Shown piece after piece: positions 14,061 through 26,440 of a stretch of 64,000 nucleotides of DNA. Positions within the stretch are counted from its first letter, which is position 1. Every line of letters begins with the position of its first letter. The DNA is taken from contig OX597823.1 in assembly GCA_951406725.2 (NCBI GenBank), forward strand, positions 108,438,001 through 108,502,000, given 5' to 3'. The position numbers and the translations under genes were made by a program. Source of the stretch: Octopus vulgaris. Its lineage: Eukaryota. The notes beneath the pieces were generated by a model that had not been told where the DNA came from, made no database searches, and saw nothing but the letters and a program-made list of their open reading frames with translations.

Positions 14061-14469
14061 GGCGAGCTGGCTGAATTGTTAGTACGCCGGGCGAAATGCT
14101 TAGCAGTATTTTGTCTGCCGCTATGTTCTGAGTTCAAATTCCGCCGAGGTCAACTTTGCCTTTCATCCTTTCGGGGTCGACAAAATAAGTACTAGTTACG
14201 CACTGGGGTTGATATAATCGACTTAATCCATTTGTCTGTCCTTGTTTGTCCTCTCTTTGTTTAGCCCCTTGTGGGTAGTAAAGAAATAGGTATTTTGTCT
14301 GCTGTTACGTTCTGAGTTCAAATTTCGCTGAGGTCGACTTTGCCTTTCATCCTTTCAGGGTCGATTAAATAAGTGCCAGTTACGCACTGGGGTCGATATA
14401 ATCGACTTAATCCGTTTGTCTGTCCTTGTTTGTCCTCTCAGTGTTTAGCCCCTTGTGGGTAGTAAAGAA
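14061..14469 (+). mobile_element. SINE family B head-to-tail dimer
   Basis: Full copy at 14061-14290 followed by a second copy lacking the first ~45 nt (14291-14469). Confidence 0.88.
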
Positions 14470-15157
14470 TTAGTGTATGTCTGCATTTGTGTATGCATGT
14501 ATATATGTATGTATATATGCATGTATATATGTATATATGTATGTGAGTTGTGCCTGTGTATTGCTGCCATTTTGTTACCATTATCATCTGTTTTATTGCG
14601 CAGTTTACATAGTCGGTACCTTCAGTATTCTTCAAGCTTTATGCTCATTTGCCTGTTTGTCATCAGTCGATTCTTCATTGTTCAACTGTCATTCAACTGT
14701 GACCACTTCAGACATTTTTTGTTTATTTTTATGATATTTTGTTTTTATTTAGAATTTTTGAATATAAATTTTTTTTTCTCTTTTTAAGAGGATAGGAAGT
14801 AATTAGAGGGAGATTTAGCTGCTAATTCTAGCAGATCTAACATGTATGTATGTGTGTGTGTGTGTATTTGGATGTATGTTTGCATGTATTTGTGTGTCAG
14901 CTTATGTCTGTGTTTATATGCATTTATCTGTATGAGAATATTTAAAATATTCTTGGAAACTATCGGAGGGGAGGGGAATATTTTTAAGGGGGACACATTT
15001 CTTCTCCCTAAAATCCCTACCAATATTTGCACCACCACCACCTGCACCACCATCACCACCACCGCCATCATTACCACCAGTTCTACTATCACCAACAAAG
15101 AATAAAAACTATCAGTTTAAAAAAATTATTGAATACATTATACAATCACATTTTCCT

Positions 15158-15268
15158 CCTCTTCTTCTTCTTCTTCTTCTTCTTCTTCTTCTTCTTCTTC
15201 TTCTTCTTCTTCTTCTTCTTCTTCTTCGTCTTCTTCTTCTTCTTCTTCTTCTTCTTCTTCTTCTTCTA
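15158..15268. repeat. (TTC)n microsatellite
   Basis: Directly visible. Confidence 0.97.
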
Positions 15269-15615
15269 TTCCTTCCTCTTTTCCTTCTTTTTGGCTTCCT
15301 TCTTCCAGTCCCCCTCCCACCTCTTACACCAACCACTCCCTCCACCACTAATGTTTATGGTAATAATAATAATCATGAATTATATAAAGTTCAGGGGGTT
15401 CATTTTATAATTTTAAGGGCCATGGGTGGGTGTCAGATGCCATAGGTGGAGATAGCAGTAGTAGTAGTAGTAGTAGTGGTGGTGGTGGTGGTGGGCAGTA
15501 GGAGGTGTTTGAGTTCGCTTTAAATTATAACACAGTTGGGGCTAATATTGTTTTGGAAAGTGCAGAGGGATTCAGATGGGAGCGAAGGATGAGCTAATTA
15601 TCATCATCATTATCC

Positions 15616-15647
<32 letters not shown>

Positions 15648-15866
15648 GGTTTTTATTAATTTTTAACTTTTTATTAAAAATACTTTCTGATGTTTTTTCT
15701 TCATTATTTTTACCTCTGCTTTTAGAATTTTTCAATTTTTTTTTTTTTTTTTGTGGTGGGAGTAGGGTATGGGTGTGTTGGTGTCTGTTTGTGGTGGTGT
15801 GGAAGTTAGCATTGTGGGTGAGGAGACATTGATTCCATTTCCACATTTAGCACTCCCACCCCACTG

Positions 15867-15899
<33 letters not shown>

Positions 15900-16969
15900 G
15901 TCTTCATCACCTATGTTGTTTCATCACCATCACCATCACCTACCCCCCTCCCCCACCAACACCAACACCATTTCCAGCCTACAGGCCCCTGAGTTTTCAT
16001 CCTCCATCTCACTTCAGCAATTCTTAAATCTCCTTTATCACTTCATATTAACTGCCAATCACACCAGCATCTTGCTCTCCCTTTGTGTCTTCCTTGCTCT
16101 CCTTCTCCTATCGTTTTCTTTCTCCTTTGTTTTCCCCTCATCTCTGTCTCCCTCTCTTCCTATCTTCTTTCTCCCTAACTCCCTTTATCTTCATTTCCTC
16201 ATGCACCCACTAAACCATTCTCTTCAATTATTCTCTCCTTCTCTTCTCTCATGCTCTCCATATATTTTCTCTTTCTACATCCCTCCTCCTTCTCCTTCTC
16301 CTCCTCCTCCTCCTCATCTATCCCAGAAATAGAGAGAAGCAAACCTTTAGATGTCTCCAGTATATTCCTACAACTCTCTCTCTCTCTCTCCCTCACATAC
16401 ACTACATATCATTTGGTCACTTTCTCTCTTTCTCTCTCTCTCGCTCTTTTATATTATATGTACAACCTATCTATCTCTCTTTCTCTCTCTCCTTTTCTCT
16501 CCCACCCTCTATCTCTTTTGCATTATATGTACAACTTGTCTATCAGACTCTTTCTTTCTCTCTCTCTTTCTCTCTCTCTTTCACTCCTTATCTCTCTCCC
16601 TCTCTTTCTCCTACTTCCACTTTCCTTCACACTTACTACCTTTCTAACCCTTTTCCTCATACTCCCCACTAAACTGTTCATATACATCAACCACATCCAA
16701 AATCCTAATATTCAGTTAATCTCTCACACATGTGTACCTATTGCAGTAAATATACAGCTATTAAGTCCCTCCTTTATCTTCACCCACTATTTGCATTATA
16801 ACTACCCAGGTGACACTGACATTTGATCCACTTTTTTTCGGAAATGACAACATTGGTCTTTGACTTGATGATCAAATCTCTTAAAACAAAATATTCTTCC
16901 AGCTTTTGATTATTTTTGGTAATTCTTTCAGATATTCAATGAAAATTGAATGGAAATAGTAGTTAAGAC

Positions 16970-17207
16970 ACCCATGCCAGTGACACGTTAAAAGAAAAGT
17001 ACCGTCCGAACGTGGCAGATGCCAGCGCTGTGTGGCTGGTGTCTGTGTCGGTGACACGTAAAAGCACCAACCGATCGTGGCCGTTTGCCAGTCTCCTCTG
17101 GTCCCTGGGCCGGTGGCATGTAAAAAGCACCCACTACACTTACGGAGTGGTTGGTGTTAGGAAGGGCATCCAGCTGTAGAAACACTGCCAGATCAGACTG
17201 GTGCCTG
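16970..17207 (+). mobile_element. Repeat family D, partial
   Basis: Repeated GTGACACGTAAAAGCACC units and GGAGTGGTTGGTGTTAGGAAGGGCATCCAG. Confidence 0.8.
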
Positions 17208-17493
17208 ATATAAGCATCCTGTTTGACAAAAAATCCAGCATTCCAATTAATGAGTATAAAATCCACAGAATTGTCTCCCCATATTCACAGGAACTGGATA
17301 ACTCCCACCCCATTTCCTGTTTTGACACACAAACACCCAACTTTTTCAAACAAAACACTTCACTTAAACACATGTATCCTAATCCTCCAAAGAAGTTTTT
17401 CCAAGGACTATTATTGAACTCTAAAAGCATAAAGACTCTACAATGTATTGGTATACTTATTTATTAATTTTTGTATATACATATTATTATGCT

Positions 17494-17700
17494 TAGATGC
17501 AGCACGGACTTTGTCAGTGAACAGGTCGTGGATTTTAGCGAAGAAAATATTTTGACAAATTAAACTTAAATGTTGAAGTGAATCGAACGGCTTTTGTGTG
17601 TTTCTTAAATGGCTTATAAACACCTTCCACGCTGCAATTGTTTTCGTTTCAGCACACGATCTCAGATCAAATTACTTGCTATGCGAGTACATCTCCGTAA
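17494..17700 (+). mobile_element. Repeat family E (Penelope-like pLTR or retrozyme candidate) with hammerhead-like motif
   Basis: Near-identical to 22268-22474. Contains TTTGTCA-GTGAACA-G-GTCGT..GCGAA-GAAA-ATAT-TT-TGACAAA. Confidence 0.7.
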
Positions 17701-17979
17701 CATATTATTATTTTTTTGAAAAAAACATTGTAAATTTCTTTTTTCCCCTTCCCTCAATTTAAAAACAATTTTTCCCTCTTCCAAATCTTGATTAATCTTG
17801 AAAATTTGCCTTGCAGTAAAAGCCGGTTTGATTTCTTTTTTCTTTTTTAATTTTTCATATACCCATTTTTATTAAAATTTACTTTCTATTTAGCCTTTAT
17901 TATTTTTCCTTTCCTATCATTTCTCCACATGTGGTTAACACAACCCCACCACTTACTGACTTATACACACACACACACA

Positions 17980-18010
<31 letters not shown>

Positions 18011-18351
18011 TGAAGAGAGAGACAACATAGATAAATTTATTTGTAAGATATGAGATAAGCAGCTAAGACGTCTGAAGTGCAGATGTTTCCACTGTCAGTA
18101 CACCATGTCTAAAGCCAAGACAGCCATTTCTTGCTCAGTCCACCTAAACAAGAAGCGGGTACCTGCCCTGTGTAGGTACCACCATGGGTAGTGTGGTTAA
18201 CCATTATAATTCATCATTGACCTACAAATGTTCAGTCTCACTAAATTGGAGGAACCTGCAAGAGGCAAGGACAGTGTACCTTCTTCTTCTTCTCCTCCCC
18301 TTCTTCTTCTTCTTCTTCTTCTTTTTCTCCTCCTCCTCTTCCTCTTCTTCC

Positions 18352-18382
<31 letters not shown>

Positions 18383-18545
18383 CTTCTTCTTCTTCTTCTT
18401 CTTCTTCTTCTTCTTCTTCTTTTCTGACTAAAATTTGCTAACCAGCTCTATATGGAATCAGTAAACATTTCACAAGGTGGAGTACTTAGCAGCGACATCT
18501 GTGAGATGCCAATTTGAATCCTGAAAGAGATTTTGTACCTCACAA

Positions 18546-18727
18546 TCATCATCATCATCATCATCGTCGTTTAACATCCATTTTCCATGCTAGCATGGGT
18601 TGGACGGTTCGACTGGGGTCTGGGAAGCCAGGAGGCTGCACCAGGCTCCAGTCTGATCTGGCAGTGTTTCTACAGCTGGATGCCCTTCCTAACGCCATCC
18701 ACTCCGTGAGTGTAGTGGGTACTTTTT
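18546..18727 (-). mobile_element. Repeat family D, 3' part
   Basis: Reverse complement of 11305-11477, preceded by a (CAT)n tail. Confidence 0.85.
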
Positions 18728-18952
18728 AATACTAAAAACACTGAACATGAGCTCTTGCCCTATTAAGGCCAAGATTTATAAAAATGAGCTTCAGAACTAT
18801 ACTATTGATGGACAATAGTGATGGACAATACTGATGGTCAAGTGTCGATCATCTGACCACAGGAATACGCCATACAAGCTGCAACTGACCAGCATGGAAA
18901 GGTAAAACTGCAACATGAACAAATAAATAACTAGGGCAATGCTATGTTAAGG

Positions 18953-19177
18953 TGAGCTGGCAGAATTGTTAGCATGTCGGGCGAAATGCGAAGCCGTATT
19001 TTGTCTGCCATTACGTTCTGAGTTCAAATTCCGCCAAGGTCGAATTTGCCTTTCATCCTTTCAGAGTCGATAAATTAAGTACCAGTTATGCACTGGGGTC
19101 GATGTAATCGACTTAATCCGTGTGTCTGTCCTTGTTTGTCCCCCTCCGTGTTTAGCCCCTAGTGGGTAGTAAAGAAA
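18953..19177 (+). mobile_element. SINE family B with 9-bp TSD
   Basis: Family B body with ATGTTAAGG at both 18944-18952 and 19178-19186. Confidence 0.88.
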
Positions 19178-19612
19178 ATGTTAAGGCTTTTATAAAACGG
19201 GGATTCAAACACAGCTTAATGGAGTAGAAAAATTAATACATAAATAGCTAAAGCGGTATGCATAACTTCTTGGAGTAGCAGTCGCAGTAGTGAGCAGGAG
19301 GAGGGAGAGTTGTGAAGTTCATGCCTTCTCCAAGAATATCCACTGGAATAGATTGTTACCAAGTTACAATATATGACAGGTAATTGTCGTAGATAAATAG
19401 CACAAATCTTTTGCCATATATGAGCCACCATGGCTACTACAAACACTTTGGTAGAGCCAATGTTGTATTGGTGGTAGTGGTGGTGGTGGTGGTGGTGACG
19501 GTAGAAGTATGGTTGTTGCACAGAGATTTATCAATGCAACAGCAATGCTGTAAAACAATTTATGAGTGCACAACCTAAATCACATGTAAAAAAAATATCA
19601 ACAACAACAATG

Positions 19613-19647
<35 letters not shown>

Positions 19648-19902
19648 CATTAAAAACGCTATGTAAAATAAATACATCAGGAATTTTATATAATTTTTTT
19701 TTATTTTCCATTATGTGTTTTTTATATTTTACATCTACCTGCCTTTTTTTTTCAAAAAACGAAAAAAGGAAAAAAACAAAAAAAAAACTAAAAGCGAAGA
19801 TCTATCTCTGATGGAAAAGACTTTCAATACTGAAGTTCAATCTGTATTGAACACAGCTGCTACACCCAACAGTGAGCTGAATTTATATTTTTATTTACTC
19901 AT

Positions 19903-19953
<51 letters not shown>

Positions 19954-20230
19954 TTGTTGTTGTTGTTTTTGCAGTTGTGATGTCGTTGTAGCTGTTGTTG
20001 TTAGTGGTGCTGTTTCTTCTTTTTATTCTAAATGGAAGTGGTCTGATAAATGGAATGATTTTCTAACATGCTATCAAAGCGTTATTAAAGTATTCTATTG
20101 CAAAAACAAATCACTTTTAAAAGAAGACATTGCTTTTGGGTTGGAGTAATTTTTGTTGTTGTTGTTGCTGTTGTTGTTGTTGTTGTTGCTGTTGCATGTT
20201 TGTTTATTGGTTTAGTTAGTTTACGTTTAT

Positions 20231-20415
<185 letters not shown>

Positions 20416-21413
20416 TTTGTAGGTTCTTTTTTTTCTATTTTTGGCTTTTCAGAAGAATGTCAATATATTTTCTTCCTGACATAAAATGTGCAGTGTTAGT
20501 TGCATGTTGCATGATGTTACATGCTAACAATGGAATCAGAGGAGAGACCTGCACACAACATTTAACTTGTCCCTCTTCTTTCTCTCTCTCTCTCCCTCTT
20601 CAACTTTCCAACCATAATGGACTCATCCTAATCTATGGATCTTTCGTTGGAATCTCTATTTCATTCACTTAGTTTTCTTTGCTTTGTTTTTTTTATTTAT
20701 TTTCTTTCCCTTCAGTGTGTGTGTGTGTGTGTGTGCATGTGTGTGCATGTGTGTGCATGCACAAATGCATTTGTCTAAATATGTGTGTATGTGTAATATT
20801 TGTATTTTGGGCTATTTTACCTACAAGTAGATAACCAGCCAAGTTGAGATTTTCTGCTAGGTTGGCTATGGTGGCTTAACTTGGTAAATATATAACTGAT
20901 TGTCTCTCAGATACCGAGTGAAAAACTGGCAATTTTGGGGCACTAACATACTGAATATGTGTTTCAGAGCAAAAAAAAATGAAGGCTCTGGTTTGAGCCT
21001 GATAAATGAAGTGGCTTCACATTGACATTTTCAGGCCTATATTGATGCTTCAATACAACACTGTATGCTAATGTAATGAAGCACTTGGATTTTTATATAG
21101 AAACCTCTGTAGGTTAAAGCAGAGCATGCAAGATTTTTGAGGAAAAGCTCCATGCATACAAATCATACAAGTCATTCCTCTCCTGGTTGATGATGTTTAT
21201 CCAAAGACTGCTGATTTTTACTGATACAAGCTTGGCACCAGTGTCATCACAGAATTTGATGTCAGGATACAAAGAGCCAGAACCAATTCAACCAGGTGCT
21301 TTGCTCAACCCTCCAACGGTTTGGCCTATCAACTGCTCAGCTCTGATACTTTTTATTGACCTTGTAATGACAAAAGGCAATGTTGACCTCTGTGGGAGTT
21401 TAACTTAAACTGC

Positions 21414-21574
21414 AGATGCAGGTGTGGCTGTGTGGTATGTAGCTTGCTTCCCAACCACATGGTTCTGGGTTCAGTTCCACTATGTGGCATCTTAGGGAAG
21501 TGTCCTCTGCTATAGCCTCAGGTTGACCAAAACTTTGTGAGTGGATTTGGTAGATGGATACTGAAAGAAGCCCG

Positions 21575-21615
<41 letters not shown>

Positions 21616-21764
21616 TATATGTTAGTGTGTCTGTGTTTTTCCCCACCACCATTACTTGACAACTGATTGGCAAAAGAGACCAATAGAATATGTACTAAAG
21701 GTGGTGCTCCAGCATGGCTGCAGTCAAATGACTGAAACAAGTAAAAGAGTAAGAGAGTAAAAGA
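21414..21764 (+). mobile_element. SINE family A with internal deletions
   Basis: Head GGTGTGGCTGTGTGGTA and tail AAATGACTGAAACAAGTAAAAGAG. Confidence 0.85.
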
Positions 21765-22115
21765 TAGTTAAAAGAAGCCCAATTCTCTAATGACTCACCT
21801 GATTTGCTACCTTACTCATTAACTGCAATGTCAATAGTTATAGAGAATAAATTTACAACCATATTTACAAATGAGTGGACTTGGCCAATTTATTTTGGCT
21901 ATGGACATTGTAAAAATGTATCATTCTGAGAATCTTCAATCTTTAAATATGTAGTGTGTTACTGAATGGACTCAGCTTTGAATAGTTCTTCCCTGTTGAG
22001 GATTTTATCCAAGTGATTGGTACTGAACTGGTAAAATCAATAGAGTACTGGTCAAAATGCTCTCTCTCCCTCACTTTCTCTCTCTATTTTTCTTTCTCTC
22101 TTTATATATATATAT

Positions 22116-22474
22116 AAACAATTGCAGCGTGGAAGGTGTTTGTAAGCCATTTAAGAAACACACAAAAGCTGTTCGATTCACTTCAACATTTAAGTTTAAT
22201 TTGTCAAAATATTTTCGTTGCTTTAAGACCGCGACCTCTTCACTGACAAAAATCCGTGCTGCATCTGAGATGCAGCACGGATTTTTGTCAGTAAACAGGT
22301 CGTGGATTTTAGCGAAGAAAATATTTTGACAAATTAAACTTAAATGTTGAAGTGAATCAAACAGCTTTTGTGTGTTTCTTAAATGGCTTACAAACACCTT
22401 CCACGCTGCAATTGTTTTTGTTTCAGCACACGATCTCAGATCAAATCACTTGCTATGCGAGTACATCTCCGTAA
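22116..22474. mobile_element. Family E inverted dimer (~150-bp arms, 1-nt loop)
   Basis: 22116-22266 is an inverted copy of 22268-22417, centred on GCATCT-G-AGATGC. Confidence 0.88.
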
Positions 22475-22645
22475 AATATATATATATATATTTATATATA
22501 TATTTATTGATCAAAATAAAAACATGATGCGAAGGATTCAGCGGTACATATGTTTTGGGCCTTTATTAGACAGATTTATAACAATGCATAATGTATGTCT
22601 GTGGCCTATATAACAATACATAATGTATGTCTGTGGCATATATAG

Positions 22646-22676
<31 letters not shown>

Positions 22677-22692
22677 TGTATGTATGTATGTG

Positions 22693-23010
22693 TGAAGGCA
22701 CATGGCTCAGTGGTTAGAGTGTCAAGCTTGTGATTGTGAGGTTGTGAGTTCAAATCCCCGACCGGGCTACACTTTATTTCACGTTGCTCCAGTTCACTCA
22801 GCTGTAGAAATGAGTTGCGACGTCACAGGTGCCAAGTTATATTGGCCTTTGCTTTTCCCTTGGTTAACACTGGTGGTGTGCAGAGGGGAGGCTGGTGTGT
22901 ATGGGCAACTGCTGGTCTTCCATAAAAAACAACATTGCTCAGACTTGTGCCTGGGAGGGTAACTTTCTAGGTGCAGTCCAATGGTCAGTCATGACCGAAG
23001 GGTGTTTCAT
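22693..23010 (+). mobile_element. SINE related to family C (variant 3' part)
   Basis: TGGCTCAGTGGTTAGAG A-box, GAGTTCAAATCCC B-box and TTTCACGTTGCTCCAGTTCACTCAGCTG core shared with family C. Confidence 0.75.
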
Positions 23011-23015
23011 GTATG

Positions 23016-23061
<46 letters not shown>

Positions 23062-23084
23062 TTTGTGTGTGTTTGTGTGTATGT

Positions 23085-23133
<49 letters not shown>

Positions 23134-23143
23134 CCTATATACA

Positions 23144-24420
23144 TACAGTGTGTTCAGGCAAAATTTGACAGGTTGCATAAAAGGAAAAGAAAACCTAACA
23201 TTCCATCCAAAAATAAAATATATTCAGAAACCCCAAAATACCAACTAGATTATGGCTGGGAGATAACGGTTTACTCAAAGAAGCTGCCCAATACTTCTAC
23301 CACAACCTAAAGATGGCTTCAGAACCTGACATAGGCATTTGTCACTGTGTCCTTGAGAAAATTTTTGAACACCTTGATCTTGAGCACCAGCTTGGCCTTG
23401 GTGTTGCAGTCAGAGTGGTTGGTGCTTTCCTCAGACATGCTGCCCTTATAGTGATCCAAGGGATTACAAATGGGGAAATTAGGGGGCCAGAAACTGGGGC
23501 TGATGAATTTGTAGAAATTCTCTGACAACCACTTCAAACTCTTTCCCAAGGTATGGCAGGGAGCCAAATCCTGCTGCCACATATATGGCCTTCCAGTAGC
23601 AACCGTCTCCAGCCAGGGATTGACCAATGTCTCCAGTCTGAATTGAACTTAAGGCCCAGCTCAAAGACAAGGGGAATTCCCAGTGTGTGGTTGCAACCAG
23701 AATACCCACTTTGACTACAGCATCACAGTATTTATTACAGCTGTCCATCTCACATCTTACAGTCTTTACAGTGTTCACAGAGCATGGAGCAGCAGTCTTG
23801 ATGTTGGCATTTTGGTATCTGGCATCAATCGTCATGATACAGGCAATTCTTTTCCAATGTGCAGATGGCTTCCAGCTCCCTATATCAGTTAACCTTTTCT
23901 CAGCTACAACTTTAATATTCATGCTTGCTTTGATAGTTCACTAATACTTCAGGTAGTTCCTGGAAAAAGGTTACTCTTTTACTCTTTTATTTGTTTCAGT
24001 CATTTGATTGCGGCCATGCTGGAGCACCGCCTTTAATCGAGCAACTTGACCCCGGGACTTATTCTTTTGTAAACCCAGTACTTATTCTATCGGTCTCTTT
24101 TGCCGAACCGCTAAGTAACGGGGACATAAACACACAAGCATCGGTTGTCAAGCAATGCTAGGGGGACAAACACAGACACACAAACACACACGCGCATATA
24201 TATATATATACATACATACGACGGGCTTCTTTCAGTTTCCGTTTACCAAATCCACTCACAAGGCTTTGGTCGGCCCGAGGCTATAGTAGAAGACACTTGC
24301 CCAAGGTGCCACACAGTGGGACTGAACCCGGAACCATATGGTTGGTAAACAAGCTGCTTACCACACAGCCACTCCTGCGCCTATATAAAATAATCATCAA
24401 ATTTAACCCCAAACAGTTTG
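23144..24420 (-). mobile_element. Decayed Tc1/maT-like DDD transposon, interrupted by SINE A
   Basis: PWLETVATGRPYMWQQDLAPCHT...FWPPNFPICNPLDHY matches QQDxAPxH and WPPxSPDLNPLDY. TA-CAGTGTGTTCAGGCAAAATTTGA lies at the left end with a weak inverted match near 24398-24420. Confidence 0.8.
23971..24382 (-). mobile_element. SINE family A, full length
   Basis: Full head-to-tail match to 10241-10640. Confidence 0.92.
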
Positions 24421-24550
24421 TGTGGCTGTATGGTTGAGAAGTTTGCTTCCTTACAACATGGTTTTGGATTTAGTCCCATTACCTGGTACAACCTCAGGTT
24501 GACAAAAGCCTTGTGAGCAGATTTGTTAGAGAGAAACTGAAATTAGCCTA

Positions 24551-24609
<59 letters not shown>

Positions 24610-24969
24610 ATGAGTATTTATGAAATTTTGAATGGAAAGTGGTTGCTCTTTCTCAGGGTTGTATTTCATCCAAGTATACACTGGTTTACCTCTGTATCAA
24701 TTAATTTTCCTGGAACTTGTTAATTTATGTTAGTATTAGTGCCTATTGATGGTTCTTCTTCAACATCAGTACTTTAAAACACTTATGAAGTTCTGGTTGT
24801 TGTTATAGATGTTTTCCTGTATCTGAACTCGGAGAACAGAATTTTGATAATATAACATAAAGAAAATGAAAAATGGAAACACAGAAATCAATTCATTTAT
24901 ATAAAAGTCAATTTCAATAAATTGATTTCTGTGTTCCCACTCTGCATTTTCTGTATGTTATATATATAT

Positions 24970-25382
24970 CTTTCTTTCTTTTTTCTTTTTACTTGTTTCA
25001 GTCATTTGACTGCGGCCATGCTGGAGCACCACCTTTAGTCAAGCAACTCGACCCTGGGACTTATTATTTGTAAGCCCAGTACTTATTCTATCGTTCTCTT
25101 TTGCCGAACCGCTAAGTGACGGGGATGTAAACACACCAGCATCAGTTGTCAAGCAATGCTAGAGGGACAAACACAGACACACAAATATATACACATATAT
25201 ATATATATATATATATATACGACAGGCTTCTTTCAGTTTCCGTCTACCAAATCCACTCACAAGGCTTTGGTCAGCCCGAGGCTATAGCAGAAGACACTTG
25301 CCCAAGGTGCCACGCAGTGGGACTGAACCTGGAACCATGTGGTTGGTTAGCAAGCTACTTACTACACAGCCACTCCTGCACC
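24970..25382 (-). mobile_element. SINE family A, full length
   Basis: Full head-to-tail match to other family A copies. Confidence 0.92.
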
Positions 25383-25394
25383 TATATATGCTGT

Positions 25395-25772
25395 GATGTG
25401 ATCAACCTGGTGTGTTTTTGATCAGGTGTCAGAAGATGTGGTGACCACAGACAAGAGGTAGGCAGCAAAACTGTCCCTCACCCTCCCTACCCTCCAGACC
25501 TTGCTTCCTATGACTGTTGGTTGTTGCCCAAGCTAAAGGAGGACTTCGGGGACAGTCATTTTGAAAAGATGGAGGCTGTGACAAAGGTAGGGCCTGGGCT
25601 TCTTCACATTGCAGGACTTCGATAGGGCCTTCATGAAGTGGGTGGAACTCTACAACAAGTTTATTGAAGTCAAAGGATTCTACTTCGAACGAGATTAGAG
25701 TTTTTGTACTTCTTCGAAATTAAAAAATGTCTCCCCTGAAAAAGTCTGAAGACTTTTGGAATGCACCTTGTA
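25395..25772 (+). mobile_element. Mariner 3' remnant with terminal repeat
   Basis: KTVPHPPYPPDLASYDCWLLPKLK. Ends TTTTGGAATGCACCTTG-TA, an inverted match to the start of 34951. Confidence 0.85.
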
Positions 25773-25780
25773 AACTTGTG

Positions 25781-25980
25781 TGGAGGCATGCGCTTAGTGG
25801 TTAGGGTGTTACACTCATGATAATAACATTGTGGTTTTGATTCCTGGACCAAGCAATGCATTATGTTTCCAGCTGGGAAAAAATGAGTAATTCTGTGATG
25901 GACCAGGGTTACATCCAGGGAGTGAATATATATGCCACAGAGTCTGGGAAACTGGCTTCATGAACCTGTGGCCATGGAAA
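25781..25980 (+). mobile_element. SINE family C, degenerate
   Basis: GGAGGCATGCGCTTAGTGGTTAGGGTG and GTGGTTTTGATTCCTGGAC match the head at 61478. Confidence 0.7.
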
Positions 25981-26284
25981 GACCTTTTCTTTTCTTTTCT
26001 GGTTTTTTTTTTTTTTTTTTTTTTTTGAAACTTGTATGGAAGCCTTTTGGATAGAATGGAACAGACTGTTCTGAATGGTAAATGGCAGATGTAATATAAT
26101 GTCTACCTTAATACCCTCTGCTTTGCTGTAGGCTCCCTTCAGCATTTGAACCGGATTTAGGTCTTATTGTAGTTTCCTCTCTTCCTTCCACAATGCTTCA
26201 CCAAATAAGGAATTCAAAGACTTCTCCTCTGTTGCTTTCGCTATGTGGTTAGTTTCTCTGATGACACCTCAGTTGGAAAAATAA

Positions 26285-26440
26285 AAGCAATAAATTTTTC
26301 CCATGATGCTTCAGTAGCAATCAAAGCACTAGTACTTCCCATGATCCTTTGCTAACAATAAATTTGCCAATATTTCCCATAGTGCTTCAGTAACAATAAA
26401 AATACTAACTCTTCCCAAGATGCTCTAGATAACGATAATA
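26285..26440. repeat. Degenerate 38-bp minisatellite (4 units) with TTCCCA-NNN-TGC core
   Basis: TTCCCA starts at 26298, 26336, 26374 and 26412. Confidence 0.8.

Noticed and set aside
19848-19859. TGAACACAGCTG, equal to the first 12 nt of miR-317
   Set aside because: The following bases do not match and there is no suitable precursor hairpin.
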